Positions 10,181 through 19,728 of a stretch of DNA of 64,000 bases are shown here, piece by piece. The DNA is taken from IMG/VR virus record IMGVR_UViG_3300030055_000003. One strand, given 5' to 3'. Every line of letters starts with the position of its first letter. The stretch's first letter is position 1. Origin of the DNA: a virus. Its lineage: Duplodnaviria; Caudoviricetes. Under the pieces are notes generated by a model. The model had not been told where the DNA came from. It searched no databases and worked only from the letters and a program-made list of their open reading frames with translations. A program made the translations under genes and the position numbers.

Positions 10181-10741
10181 TTAACTTACTTTTAATAGCT
10201 CAAATTTTTCAATCATTTCTTTATAGGAATCTTCTAGTTGTTTCTCTTTAAACATAACCATATTTAATTTTGCATCATTTAACGCTTCTTCTTCAGTTGA
10301 TCCATGAGCAATTGAAATTCCTGATTTCAAATCTATTATAAACCATTTATTTTGTTTTTCATATGTATCTTCAGTATTCTCATATATTCCAAAAATCATA
10401 TTTTCTATTTCAACTTCTTTTCCTTCAACGGTTTAAACATACATTCCTTTATTATATTTAACAACTTCAATTTTAATTTCTTCTACAGTTTCTTCTTCAA
10501 CTTTATTTTCTTCTATTATATTAACTCCTTGTAACATAAAATGTTTATTTAGATAGTACTTTTGTAATTCGTCTAAACTTTCAAAAATCTCTTGAGATAT
10601 TTTTCCACCATCTTTAATTCCGTTAATTACATATTCAAACCATTCACCTTCAAATTGATTTTTTATAATGTCAGAGAATTCAATTCTTGCTTCAATACAT
10701 TCTTTTTCTATTTCACTTACATATTATTGTTTAGTTTTCAT
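10181..10741 (-). pseudogene. 187-codon frame interrupted by two in-frame TAA stops; C-term has a HicB-like motif
   Basis: GAAAGGAAG RBS; MKTKQ*YVSEIEKEC...KYNKGMYV*TVEGKEVEIENMIFG...AHGSTEEEALNDAK; stops at 10724-10726 and 10433-10435. Confidence 0.7.
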
Positions 10742-10901
10742 AATTATAACTTCCTTTCGTTCTATTAATTTGTTCATGTACTTCTTATCTCTTATATTAC
10801 ACTTGTTGCATATTAAAGTCAAGAAGTATTTGTGTTAATTTGTTAATATTTCTATTAGATGATTTTATTATCAATTATGTACTGGATTGCATAAAGCAAC
10901 C

Positions 10902-10988
10902 CTATTTGTATATTAAATTTATGATTGATAATATTATACTTATTACTATTAAGATTATTGTTATATTCTGCTTAGTATCTTTATTCAT
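10902..10988 (-). CDS. 28-aa hydrophobic peptide, type I toxin-like
   Basis: AAAGGAGGT RBS; MNKDTKQNITIILIVISIILSIINLIYK; hairpin right after the stop. Confidence 0.6.
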   Translation of the reverse strand: MNKDTKQNITIILIVISIILSIINLIYK

Positions 10989-11028
10989 ATTCTTTATACC
11001 TCCTTTATTAAATAGATATTATTAACTA

Positions 11029-11057
11029 TTGATTAGTTTATATTTATATATTATAAT
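11029..11057 (+). promoter_or_regulatory. SigA promoter with no downstream sense ORF, pointing antisense into the peptide gene 11122..11253
   Basis: TTGATT-17-TATAAT. Confidence 0.6.
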
Positions 11058-11121
11058 GATATCAAAGAATTTTAAGAGTGGAAACCACTTTTTAAGTGAT
11101 TCCCAAAAGGTTTGAGGTTTA

Positions 11122-11253
11122 TTACTTTTTGAATATATTATTAATTATAAATGTTATGACTCCAATCAACGTATTTATAATTGCTAATATGAAAAGTATT
11201 GAACCTCTTTTGTCGTTCCTTTGTTGTTTCCTTCTCTCCATTCTTTTTATCAC
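11122..11253 (-). CDS. 43-aa basic and hydrophobic peptide, type I toxin-like
   Basis: GTG start after GGTGGT (alternative ATG 11241): MERRKQQRNDKRGSILFILAIINTLIGVITFIINNIFKK. Confidence 0.6.
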   Translation of the reverse strand: MIKRMERRKQQRNDKRGSILFILAIINTLIGVITFIINNIFKK

Positions 11254-11796
11254 ATTTTACCACCCACTTATATTTATTTGGTAAAGTTGTAATCCCTTAC
11301 CACATCTTTAATTATACTCTTATTCTTATGTAAAGTCAATAAATTAATATAAGTAAATAAAATTATTATAAGTATATGTACTCTATTATATCCAATACAA
11401 TGACGTTCTTAGAGTCTGTATATTGTTGTATCTATATGCTAGTGTAATTGCATTGTTATTATTAGTTGCTTATATAAGATGTATTGACGTATTCATTCCA
11501 GTTATTGAGTTGTTATATCTATTGTATAAGATGATTTAGTATATCTGTTATATGTTTATGGCATTGTTAGTTATTCATATGTTGTGCTTCATATTGACAC
11601 TGTGTTGAGTCTTATTAATAGTAGTAATGCAATTGGATGTGTTGATTGTTTGGTTTTGTATGAGGTTGTTTAGTTGGTTATAATAGTATTTTATCATATC
11701 TTTAATAAATTAACAAAATCATTGCAAACTAATTCTAAATATGATAAAATTAATTTGACAATAAATTAATATAAATAAGAAAGGAATTGATAAATT

Positions 11797-12759
11797 ATGA
11801 AAGAAAAACAAATTTGTAAAAACTGCGGAAAGGAGAAAGTTATTCATGCTCGTGGATATTGTAGTGGTTGCTATCAAAAGTTACTTTACAATGGTGAACT
11901 TAAAAAAGATACTCCAAAATGTAAAGTTGAAGGATGTGAAAAATTTTCTCGTGCTAATGGATATTGTATGAGGCATATTAATCAGCTTAGATATAATGGT
12001 AAAATAACTGATTCTAATCCTAATAGAAGTCATTATGATTCTAATGAAATAGTATTGTATGAAGATTATGCAGAGATAGTAATGTATGATACTAAGTGTT
12101 ATGAAAAAGCTAGAGCAATTATTGATATTGAAGATGTTGATAAATTAAAAGAATATAAATGGAATTGTGAAGTTAATTTACATGTGCATTCTGGAAATAC
12201 TTGGCTACATAGATTACTAATGAATTGTAATGATGATAATCTAGTTGTTGATCATATTAACCATAATCCTTTAGATAATAGAAAGGGAAATCTTAGAATC
12301 TGTACACCACAAGAAAATGGAATGAATAATAGTTTATCTAAAACAAATACTACTGGAATAATAGGAATATGCTATATTAAACAGAGAGATACTTGGCAAG
12401 CAAATATAACTGTTAAAAGTAAAGTAATATCATTAGGTGAATATAATAATAAAGAAGATGCAATAAAAGAAAGATTAAAAGCTGAGGTTTATTATATGAA
12501 AGAGTTTGCACCTCAACGTCATCTATATACACAGTATGGTACACAGTATGGAATTGATGAACATGGAGAATATGAAGTTAAACAATATACACCTAGAAAG
12601 AAAGGCAATGAGCATGGTGTCAAAGGTGTATTTAAAGGAAGTGGAAATAATAAAGACAGATGGAAAGTTGAATTTCAAATTAATGGTAAGCATATTTATT
12701 TAGGACATTATGATACAATTGAAAAAGCCATTGAAGTTAGACAAGCATATCAAGGTTAA
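11797..12759 (+). CDS. HNH homing endonuclease with AP2-like domains
   Basis: LHRLLM...VVDHINHNPLDNRKGNLRICTPQENGMN; WQANI..LGEY and WKVEF..LGHY AP2-like repeats. Confidence 0.9.
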   Translation: MKEKQICKNCGKEKVIHARGYCSGCYQKLLYNGELKKDTPKCKVEGCEKFSRANGYCMRHINQLRYNGKITDSNPNRSHYDSNEIVLYEDYAEIVMYDTKCYEKARAIIDIEDVDKLKEYKWNCEVNLHVHSGNTWLHRLLMNCNDDNLVVDHINHNPLDNRKGNLRICTPQENGMNNSLSKTNTTGIIGICYIKQRDTWQANITVKSKVISLGEYNNKEDAIKERLKAEVYYMKEFAPQRHLYTQYGTQYGIDEHGEYEVKQYTPRKKGNEHGVKGVFKGSGNNKDRWKVEFQINGKHIYLGHYDTIEKAIEVRQAYQG

Positions 12760-12788
12760 TACATAATAAATTAATATAATATTATATG

Positions 12789-12818
12789 AGAGTAGTTGAA
12801 ACATACTACTCTATTTTA
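12789..12818 (+). terminator. Intrinsic terminator
   Basis: AGAGTAG/CTACTCT stem followed by a T-rich tail. Confidence 0.65.
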
Positions 12819-13284
12819 TTTGCTTATATTTAGGATGTTATTATATGTATATTAACATCATGTAGTTATTAAAACTATGTGCTATTATAGTTATATTTAT
12901 GTATTGATAATAGTGTACTACTTGATATAGTACAGATAGAACACATTGCAGTAGCTTTTAAACTTTAAAACGAAAAATAAACAACTATATACAAAAAGTG
13001 TTCGTGTTTTGAAAATGTCACCAGTTTTCAGTAATCCAATATAAGTTGATATGAAATTGATTTTAAGATGCTAATTGGATAATATTAAAGTATCTGCAAC
13101 TCATAAAAGCAGTAAATTAGTTACCAATTATTAGGATATGTTTATATATGAAATATGTATTTCACACTGTTAAGCTGAAACCGTTGGTATGACTTGGTTT
13201 CATAGGTTTGATGGTGTAAAAAATGGTATATTTATGTTTGTTGGTTCAATTGGATGGAATTGGAATGAGCGTATTGCTTGGATG

Positions 13285-13312
13285 GGGGCGTATAATACAT
13301 ATTTTGGTAAGT
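13285..13312 (+). other. dif-like 28-bp site (candidate tyrosine-recombinase resolution site)
   Basis: GGGGCGTATAA-TACATA-TTTTGGTAAGT versus E. coli dif GGTGCGCATAA-TGTATA-TTATGTTAAAT (9/11 and 8/11 arm matches); lies at a strand-skew switch. Confidence 0.4.
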
Positions 13313-13411
13313 CATGTTCAGAGATTGAACGCTGATGTGTTGTACTCGTCTATATGGACAATTTTGGTAACGAAGGCTAAAAACACGAACATTAACATCG
13401 TAAGAGTGATC

Positions 13412-13441
13412 GTCAACCCCAGTAATACCAACGTCTGACAT
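13412..13441 (-). repeat. 30-bp element, inverted copy of 32950-32979
   Basis: ATGTCAGACGTTGGTATTACTGGGGTTGAC; 28/30 identical. Confidence 0.85.
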
Positions 13442-13619
13442 AAAATAAATAAACTATAATTACCAAATAATTAAACCTAATAACCCTCAAACCTAGTGAC
13501 ACTAACCTATTGAACGATACGTACTATGTAACACCGATTAACCACTACTATTCTACGCTATATAAACATCTTTAAACCATTGGTATTACTACTCTAACAC
13601 CTATTTTAATCCACTCAAA

Positions 13620-13659
13620 AAATAGGCATTACGAAAGGCTTTATTCGCAATGCCTATTT
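13620..13659. terminator. Bidirectional terminator-like hairpin
   Basis: AAATAGGCATT / AATGCCTATTT 11-bp stem downstream of gene 13684..14466. Confidence 0.7.
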
Positions 13660-13683
13660 GCATTAATTTATTAAATATGTATT

Positions 13684-14466
13684 TTAATCAGTAATTTCCA
13701 CTTTCCAATTGTACATAGCATTAAATAACTTATTTGGTATCTTATCTTTGTATTCATCAGCAATTTCTTTTATATATTTTTCTTTAAATGGTTTGTAACC
13801 TTTATAAAAAGCATCATCAGTATTATTAAACAAACCTATTGTTATATTTCCTTTTTTATCACAATTACATTGTGCTCTATACTTGTTTTCTATTTTAAAA
13901 TAATTAACTCCTATTGGATATATTCCTCTTGTCCTATTACATTTAGTAAATAATACATTTATTCTTTGTGGTACAAAAACACAAGTTTCTGGACTGTATA
14001 TTTTATTACCCTTAACCAAAATATCTTTATCTAGAGCCATTCTTTGTCCTTCTACTTCGTAATGATTATCATTATACCACTCTTTAAAGTTTTTATAACA
14101 TAACCATTCATCACAACAAGTTACATTTTTATATGTCAAATGTTTATCTTTATATTTTTTACTATAACAACGTTCTATCATACCATGCCAAATGGTATAA
14201 CTATTATAAAAAACATCATTCCCATTTTTAGTTTTCTCTAGTCCAACTATTCCTACTTCATAAACTGTTGGTGAAAAGTGACTTTTTATTGATCCATTTT
14301 TAAAACATCCATAAGTCGTGTTTTTTAATTCTCCTGTTTCCTTGAACATAACTACTATATCAATAGCTGAATTATATTCAATTATTGTAGCCTCCTTTTC
14401 ACAGCATCTCATTATTTTACTCATACCCATTCTTTCTAGCTTGTCCTTTTCTAATTTGTTTCCCAT
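13684..14466 (-). CDS. HNH-type homing endonuclease with C-terminal AP2-like domain
   Basis: WHGMIERCY...CDEWLCYKNFKEW...LDKDILVKGNKIYSPETCVFVPQRIN; YRAQC..IGLF. Confidence 0.8.
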   Translation of the reverse strand: MGNKLEKDKLERMGMSKIMRCCEKEATIIEYNSAIDIVVMFKETGELKNTTYGCFKNGSIKSHFSPTVYEVGIVGLEKTKNGNDVFYNSYTIWHGMIERCYSKKYKDKHLTYKNVTCCDEWLCYKNFKEWYNDNHYEVEGQRMALDKDILVKGNKIYSPETCVFVPQRINVLFTKCNRTRGIYPIGVNYFKIENKYRAQCNCDKKGNITIGLFNNTDDAFYKGYKPFKEKYIKEIADEYKDKIPNKLFNAMYNWKVEITD

Positions 14467-15117
14467 AAAACCACTCTCTTTCTTCTATTAATTTGTTTCA
14501 CTGTAAACCCTTTTGAACAAATAGAAACACTTGTCCAACTCCTATATTATAACTTTTAATAATGATTGTCAACTTGATTCTATTAATTTATTTAAATGTT
14601 GATATCGTGAATTATAATTCCAAACTAAAAATACTAAATTCTAAAAATTAAATATAACAACTTTCACATCAATTCTAATACTACTCTCCTATCACACAAC
14701 TACTATTTACCTAAAAACTAAAATACCCTATTAAAAATCTACACATGGAGCTTGTACAATCAATAATAACTATAAAATATCAACAGTTAAAAATAAACAT
14801 AAAAATAAGACTGTCCTTTTACAGACAATCTTACTATAAGGGTAAAAGATTAAATTTATTAAAAATAAAGATTAATAAATAATCAAAAAACTTTACACAA
14901 CTGAATTATATACTAAACTACTAATTATTTATAGATGTAAATTATGGTAAATAGAATTTGCAATAATAGAAGCATAGGGAGGGGGCGTACTTTTTAAATC
15001 TAAAATATAAGTACCTACATACTACCCTAGCCTTATATAAATGTAGAATAAATAATATAACAAGTTATTAAAAACCCTTTAACTACTTCAAGTAATAAAG
15101 TATTAAAAACCATATAT

Positions 15118-15264
15118 CTATTCTACATTTTGCATTTGTCTTGTTTCTTTCTTAATATTATATCTAACCAATTCTATTTTCTTTTTAGTCTTGCCTACAA
15201 TAACATATTTTTCTCCTAAACAATCCACTACATCATAGATAGTATACATATACCATTTGAACAT
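15118..15264 (-). CDS. Short hypothetical protein or gene remnant
   Basis: MFKWYMYTIYDVVDCLGEK... within track ORF 15118..15357; no clear RBS. Confidence 0.3.
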   Translation of the reverse strand: MFKWYMYTIYDVVDCLGEKYVIVGKTKKKIELVRYNIKKETRQMQNVE

Positions 15265-16199
15265 TATTAGATTGATTATACTATCCTTATTTAGTTTATT
15301 TAATGTATCAATGTTTATATTCTTAATAGTGTATAGTGCAATAGCAAAGTGTAACAAAACGCAATGATTTTTCTATTAAGATATTTCCAATAGTTATAGA
15401 ATATTTTGAAGGTTCTTAATTACCGTCTGGCATATGTATTATTAGGTTAAGAGTGAAACCACGGAGTATAAGCATTCTTTCTCCTTGAGCTCTTAATAAA
15501 TATGCCACAATCCATTTCTTAACCTGCAAATGCAAAGATGATAATTCCAATTAGTTGTATTGCATAATGTTACACTTTTACTTTGCAAAAAACAATAGTC
15601 AGCTCTACATCATTATCTAAAATAAAACTTGTGTTAACTACTAATTTATAATCTTCCTCATCACTCATAATTTATACCTCAAATCAATCATTTTATATAT
15701 TATATGCCAGTCCTTAAAAATAATTTACAAATTAATAATATTTAATGTATAGAAATTTATCTAATGGTTAATACTATTAATGTATACAATCTCAAATAGA
15801 ATATAGAACGCAAGTCGCAATTCAATTCCTTAGGTGAATGATTCCGTTTTTCGGTCTTATTACTTCTATTCTCTCTCCCCCTATTACTTTTATTATCTTA
15901 TTGAATAAATTCAAGTCGGCTATGACTGGTTTTAAACCCTTCAATAGTCAATGAGTCAATGATATATAATACTACAAATAAAAATACAATTGAAATAGAC
16001 TACTAAAACATATTATAAATAAGTACAAAATAAAAGGACTAGTTTAACTGATATATTAAACATAATCCTCAAACTAACTATATGTAGGATAAAAGTAAGG
16101 AGAAGAATAGAATATAAATGCTAGTGGATAATCCAAAAATCAAATACAATAATCTATTTCTCACCTACTTGAAGTAATATCTGCTAGACCAAAGAAAAA

Positions 16200-16787
16200 C
16201 TAAGCTTCTTTTGGTAAAATCAAATTATTACTTATGAAGTTTGTTAAATACAAATAATCGTCTTTAGTTAATACAGAGCTTTTACTCAAAGTATAAATGT
16301 AATGCATATCATTCTTAAATTCAAAATTCTTATAAACTTCTATATGAACACCAAGTCTATAGTTTAATTCGTATTTAAGTCTTAATATACAATCTCTATT
16401 CATTAGTTTGTTTTTTACACTAGCTTTAAGTATATTATTAAACTCCATATAACCATCAGTAGTCACAACCTTAAGTTCATGCTTGTCTGCTACTGTATTA
16501 GGCTTTGAGATTGACTTAGATATATTTGTATTAAACTCATTACAAGTACCATTAGAATCCAATCCTATTAGTTTAAGACTACCAAGAACAATATTGAACA
16601 AAAATACAACTATAATAGGTATCATTGGTATTAATAAACCCACTCCTAATATAGCAACTGCCATTCTTTCAAATATATTGTCCATAGAGTTATATAACAT
16701 AAGAACATTAATTGCTAAGAATCCTAATATACCACTAAATATTAATGATTGTTTAATACTTTTCTTAAATATACTTTGTTTTTTCAT
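16200..16787 (-). CDS. Membrane protein, two N-terminal TM helices
   Basis: LIFSGILGFLAINVLMLY and MAVAILGVGLLIPMIPIIVVFLF hydrophobic segments; AAAAGGAG RBS. Confidence 0.7.
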   Translation of the reverse strand: MKKQSIFKKSIKQSLIFSGILGFLAINVLMLYNSMDNIFERMAVAILGVGLLIPMIPIIVVFLFNIVLGSLKLIGLDSNGTCNEFNTNISKSISKPNTVADKHELKVVTTDGYMEFNNILKASVKNKLMNRDCILRLKYELNYRLGVHIEVYKNFEFKNDMHYIYTLSKSSVLTKDDYLYLTNFISNNLILPKEA

Positions 16788-16819
16788 TTCTTTCTCTCCT
16801 TTTGTAATTTAAATTATTT

Positions 16820-16987
16820 TTAATATATTTCTATAATGTTATTTTCCCAATCAAATTCGTAATTGTCGGTATCATATAAATCGCTCATAGTAATTTCCAT
16901 CTCATCTTCTGTTTTTATTACTATAAGTTTTTCTTTATAATACTTTTCAAAATCAGATTTAAATTGTTTAAAAGTTACAGTTGTCAT
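16820..16987 (-). CDS. Small acidic hypothetical protein
   Basis: Start moved to MTTVTF after the AAAGGAG RBS (track start 17008). Confidence 0.6.
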   Translation of the reverse strand: MTTVTFKQFKSDFEKYYKEKLIVIKTEDEMEITMSDLYDTDNYEFDWENNIIEIY

Positions 16988-17071
16988 TAGTTTGTTCTCC
17001 TTTCTCAATTAATTATTCATATATAAATATATGTACTGGGACTACAACAAACATTCATAGTCCCATTTAAC

Positions 17072-17698
17072 TCATGGCAATACTATCTTTTGTAGTAAAT
17101 CAGTAAAATTATAATCAAGTCCTATTATCTTGTATTCAGCTCTATCACTTTTGATACATTGTCCATTATAATTTATAATAATTACATCTGGAAAGTAATC
17201 TTCTTCGTCTTGATTTTCCTTATACCATTCTTGAACTTCTTCTGTATCATAAATTGAATTATATTTTTCAGTTGGATTAGTTTTATGATATTTATCAAAC
17301 TCTATTAAATAAGAATTAAAATCAAGTTTTCCATTTACATTATTGTGAAAAATTATATGTGCATCACTTCTTCTTTTAGATAAAGACCATGTCTCTTCTA
17401 ATTTAAAATAATCTATCTGAGTTACTATATTGTTTATTTCTGCATAAAGATTTAATAAATAATATTTATGATCTGATACTGTATTCTTTTTGAATTGATA
17501 AATCAACTCTCTACCATAGCTATTTTTATTAGCTACAATATCTTTATTATCAACTAATCTATTAAGAACTCTTCTTGCTACATCTAATTTACATTTATCT
17601 TCTTTATAAAATAAATTGGCACAAATCCTAGTAGTAATAAATCCATATGTTTCTATAAAATTAAGTATATTTCTAATCTTTTGAGTATACCTAATCAT
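17072..17698 (-). CDS. Replication-relaxation-like protein (wHTH + PD-(D/E)xK fold)
   Basis: GFITTRICANLF..ARRVLNRLV; SDAHIIF..YLIEFDK..FPDVIII; abuts the FtsK gene. Confidence 0.55.
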   Translation of the reverse strand: MIRYTQKIRNILNFIETYGFITTRICANLFYKEDKCKLDVARRVLNRLVDNKDIVANKNSYGRELIYQFKKNTVSDHKYYLLNLYAEINNIVTQIDYFKLEETWSLSKRRSDAHIIFHNNVNGKLDFNSYLIEFDKYHKTNPTEKYNSIYDTEEVQEWYKENQDEEDYFPDVIIINYNGQCIKSDRAEYKIIGLDYNFTDLLQKIVLP

Positions 17699-17700
17699 TA

Positions 17701-19365
17701 TTATTCACTCCTTTGTTTCTTAAACTTAGACCATCTTTTTTCAGATTTATCAGGTTTTTTAGTAAAATCAATAACTTTTTTATCTTTTTCTTCTGTTTTT
17801 TGTTCATTTTCATTGATTTCTTGTAGTTTTTCTTGATTTTTTTGAACTATATTTCCTTTATTATCTAATGTCATAAATTCTTTGTTTATATTTATTAATG
17901 GCTTTAAAAATTTTATCATCATTTCTGTAGTTAAATAAAGTGTCTTACCATTATATACTTGATCTGCAACACAAATAAATTCCCTTTGTGGTTTTTGTCT
18001 TATTGCTAGAGTAGCTAGTTCTCCATCACCTAGTATAGTCATTGCTGAAGGTATATTAGAAAAATGAAAACATATTTGATTTCCAAGATTACTCTTAATT
18101 TCAGGTGACAGATTTGCTACACTTCCACGCTGAGTTGCAAGTAAACAATATACACCAGCACTACGTCCTTCTCTATTAATTTGCCACATTATACTACTTG
18201 ATAATTCTTTCATTCTCTTTTCATTTTTATCATTTTCTGTTCCGTTTACTGAAAAGGACGCTATTTCATCTATACAAAAATAAATTAGTGGAAGTTTTTT
18301 ACTTGGGAATCTATCATTATATTCATATATATTAACTATTCCACCGTACTCATCTGCGTTATCAAACAGTTTATTTCTCCTTGTAACTTCATTGCTTAAG
18401 AATAACAATTCTTTTAATGCATCTTGATAAGTATTAGCATAATATTTACATTGTTTTATCTTTTTAAAAACTTTAAGGTCTTGTTTTGAACTCAGCATAG
18501 TTACAAATAGCTGAACTGATTTTTCATCATTATGCAATACTAAGTTCAAAACAGACATTATCATAGAAACTGTCTTTCCACTTCCTGCTTGTCCTCCCCA
18601 AATAGCATTAGGAGATATAGAGAAGTCTAAAATTATAGGCTTATAATAATGAGTCATACCACAATATAATTCATAAGGTTTTACTTTAATAGGTTCAAAT
18701 TTTTCTTTATCAGGTAATTTAGTTATCATTATTTCTATAGTAGTTTGATTTCCAGTATCATTAAAATGCAAAGAACAGATTCCAAATACCTTATTCAAAT
18801 CTACTATGCTCCCTTCTAACAAATCGTAACTAAGTCCATTAGGAATAGAAACTTTAAATCTATAACCTATTAATATTTTGTTATTCTTTTTATCTATTTG
18901 GGTAGGATGATATATTTTTTCAGATTCTCCTAGCGAAAAGGTTTCTCCATTATAATTTCTTTGCTTAGAATCACTAAACATTTGATACCATTTAAATTTT
19001 ATATCATTCATTTCACTAATATCCAATCCTTCAAGATGGTATCTCATATAAATACTAGATTTTGTAGAACTATATTCTGCTATTACTTCTCCCCTATAAA
19101 TAACACTTATAGCTGGTAATAGTTTTCTAAAATCATTTAAGCTTTTTCCATAAGGTAGCACTATAATTACATCAAAGCCATAATGTTTTATAAAAATATC
19201 TTCTAATACGTAATAATTAGCCTTTTTATTAAAGTCACTAACTCCTTTATTTTTTGCAACATCTTTAGTTATATCAACATTGTTTGTACGTTCCATTAAT
19301 ATTTTCCATTTATTTTTTATACCTTTTTTAATTTGGTATTCAGTATATATACTACTTAATTCCAT
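17701..19365 (-). CDS. FtsK/SpoIIIE-family ATPase without N-terminal TM domain
   Basis: Walker A GQAGSGKT, Walker B YFCIDEIA, LLATQRGS motif. Confidence 0.88.
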   Translation of the reverse strand: MELSSIYTEYQIKKGIKNKWKILMERTNNVDITKDVAKNKGVSDFNKKANYYVLEDIFIKHYGFDVIIVLPYGKSLNDFRKLLPAISVIYRGEVIAEYSSTKSSIYMRYHLEGLDISEMNDIKFKWYQMFSDSKQRNYNGETFSLGESEKIYHPTQIDKKNNKILIGYRFKVSIPNGLSYDLLEGSIVDLNKVFGICSLHFNDTGNQTTIEIMITKLPDKEKFEPIKVKPYELYCGMTHYYKPIILDFSISPNAIWGGQAGSGKTVSMIMSVLNLVLHNDEKSVQLFVTMLSSKQDLKVFKKIKQCKYYANTYQDALKELLFLSNEVTRRNKLFDNADEYGGIVNIYEYNDRFPSKKLPLIYFCIDEIASFSVNGTENDKNEKRMKELSSSIMWQINREGRSAGVYCLLATQRGSVANLSPEIKSNLGNQICFHFSNIPSAMTILGDGELATLAIRQKPQREFICVADQVYNGKTLYLTTEMMIKFLKPLININKEFMTLDNKGNIVQKNQEKLQEINENEQKTEEKDKKVIDFTKKPDKSEKRWSKFKKQRSE

Positions 19366-19675
19366 TAGTTATCTCCTTCTTTTTATTATTCAATTTCTTT
19401 ATTAAATTTGCTAATTCACTATTATCAACTACTCTACCATTCTTATAAGTGTTAGTTATTAATTTAAAAAGCAATGGTGCAATTACAATCATAGAACCTT
19501 CAATTACTAACCAATAAGGAACAATTGGAATTCCACCAATATAAACCATTGCATCATTTTTAAATATAGTATAAAACTTAGAAACAACTATAACTGATTC
19601 AGTACCTATAAAACCATATATACAACCATACAAAACTTTATTCATCATTGAATATCTCCTGTCGTTTTTGTTCAT
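19352..19675 (-). CDS. Small membrane protein, first gene of the FtsK operon (probable start 19648)
   Basis: Two hydrophobic segments; overlaps the FtsK start; GGAG RBS before ATG 19648. Confidence 0.65.
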   Translation of the reverse strand: MNKNDRRYSMMNKVLYGCIYGFIGTESVIVVSKFYTIFKNDAMVYIGGIPIVPYWLVIEGSMIVIAPLLFKLITNTYKNGRVVDNSELANLIKKLNNKKKEITNGIK

Positions 19676-19728
19676 ACTATATTTATATTCAGATATTTTT
19701 AAAATGTGATTAAAAGGAGGTAATTTTT

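Noticed and set aside
1-10741. TAA stop-codon reassignment to explain three in-frame TAAs
   Set aside because: Most intact genes here end in TAA, and the implied amino acids differ between sites; nonsense mutation is simpler.
13223-13441. ORFs 13223..13438(+) and 13232..13441(-)
   Set aside because: No RBS, atypical composition, overlapping each other in the skewed non-coding zone.
14977-14990. G-run as a KOPS/SRS motif
   Set aside because: Does not match GGGNAGGG or GAGAAGGG and is a single copy.
15360-15720. Sporulation-sigma promoter (GGCATATAAT) and ORF MSDEEDYKLVV...
   Set aside because: ORF appears frameshifted and the promoter match is too short in AT-rich DNA to support.
15855-16112. 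Imperfect long-range inverted repeat (TTCTATTCT..TTACTTTTAT)
   Set aside because: Purine/pyrimidine low complexity with several gaps; could be chance.
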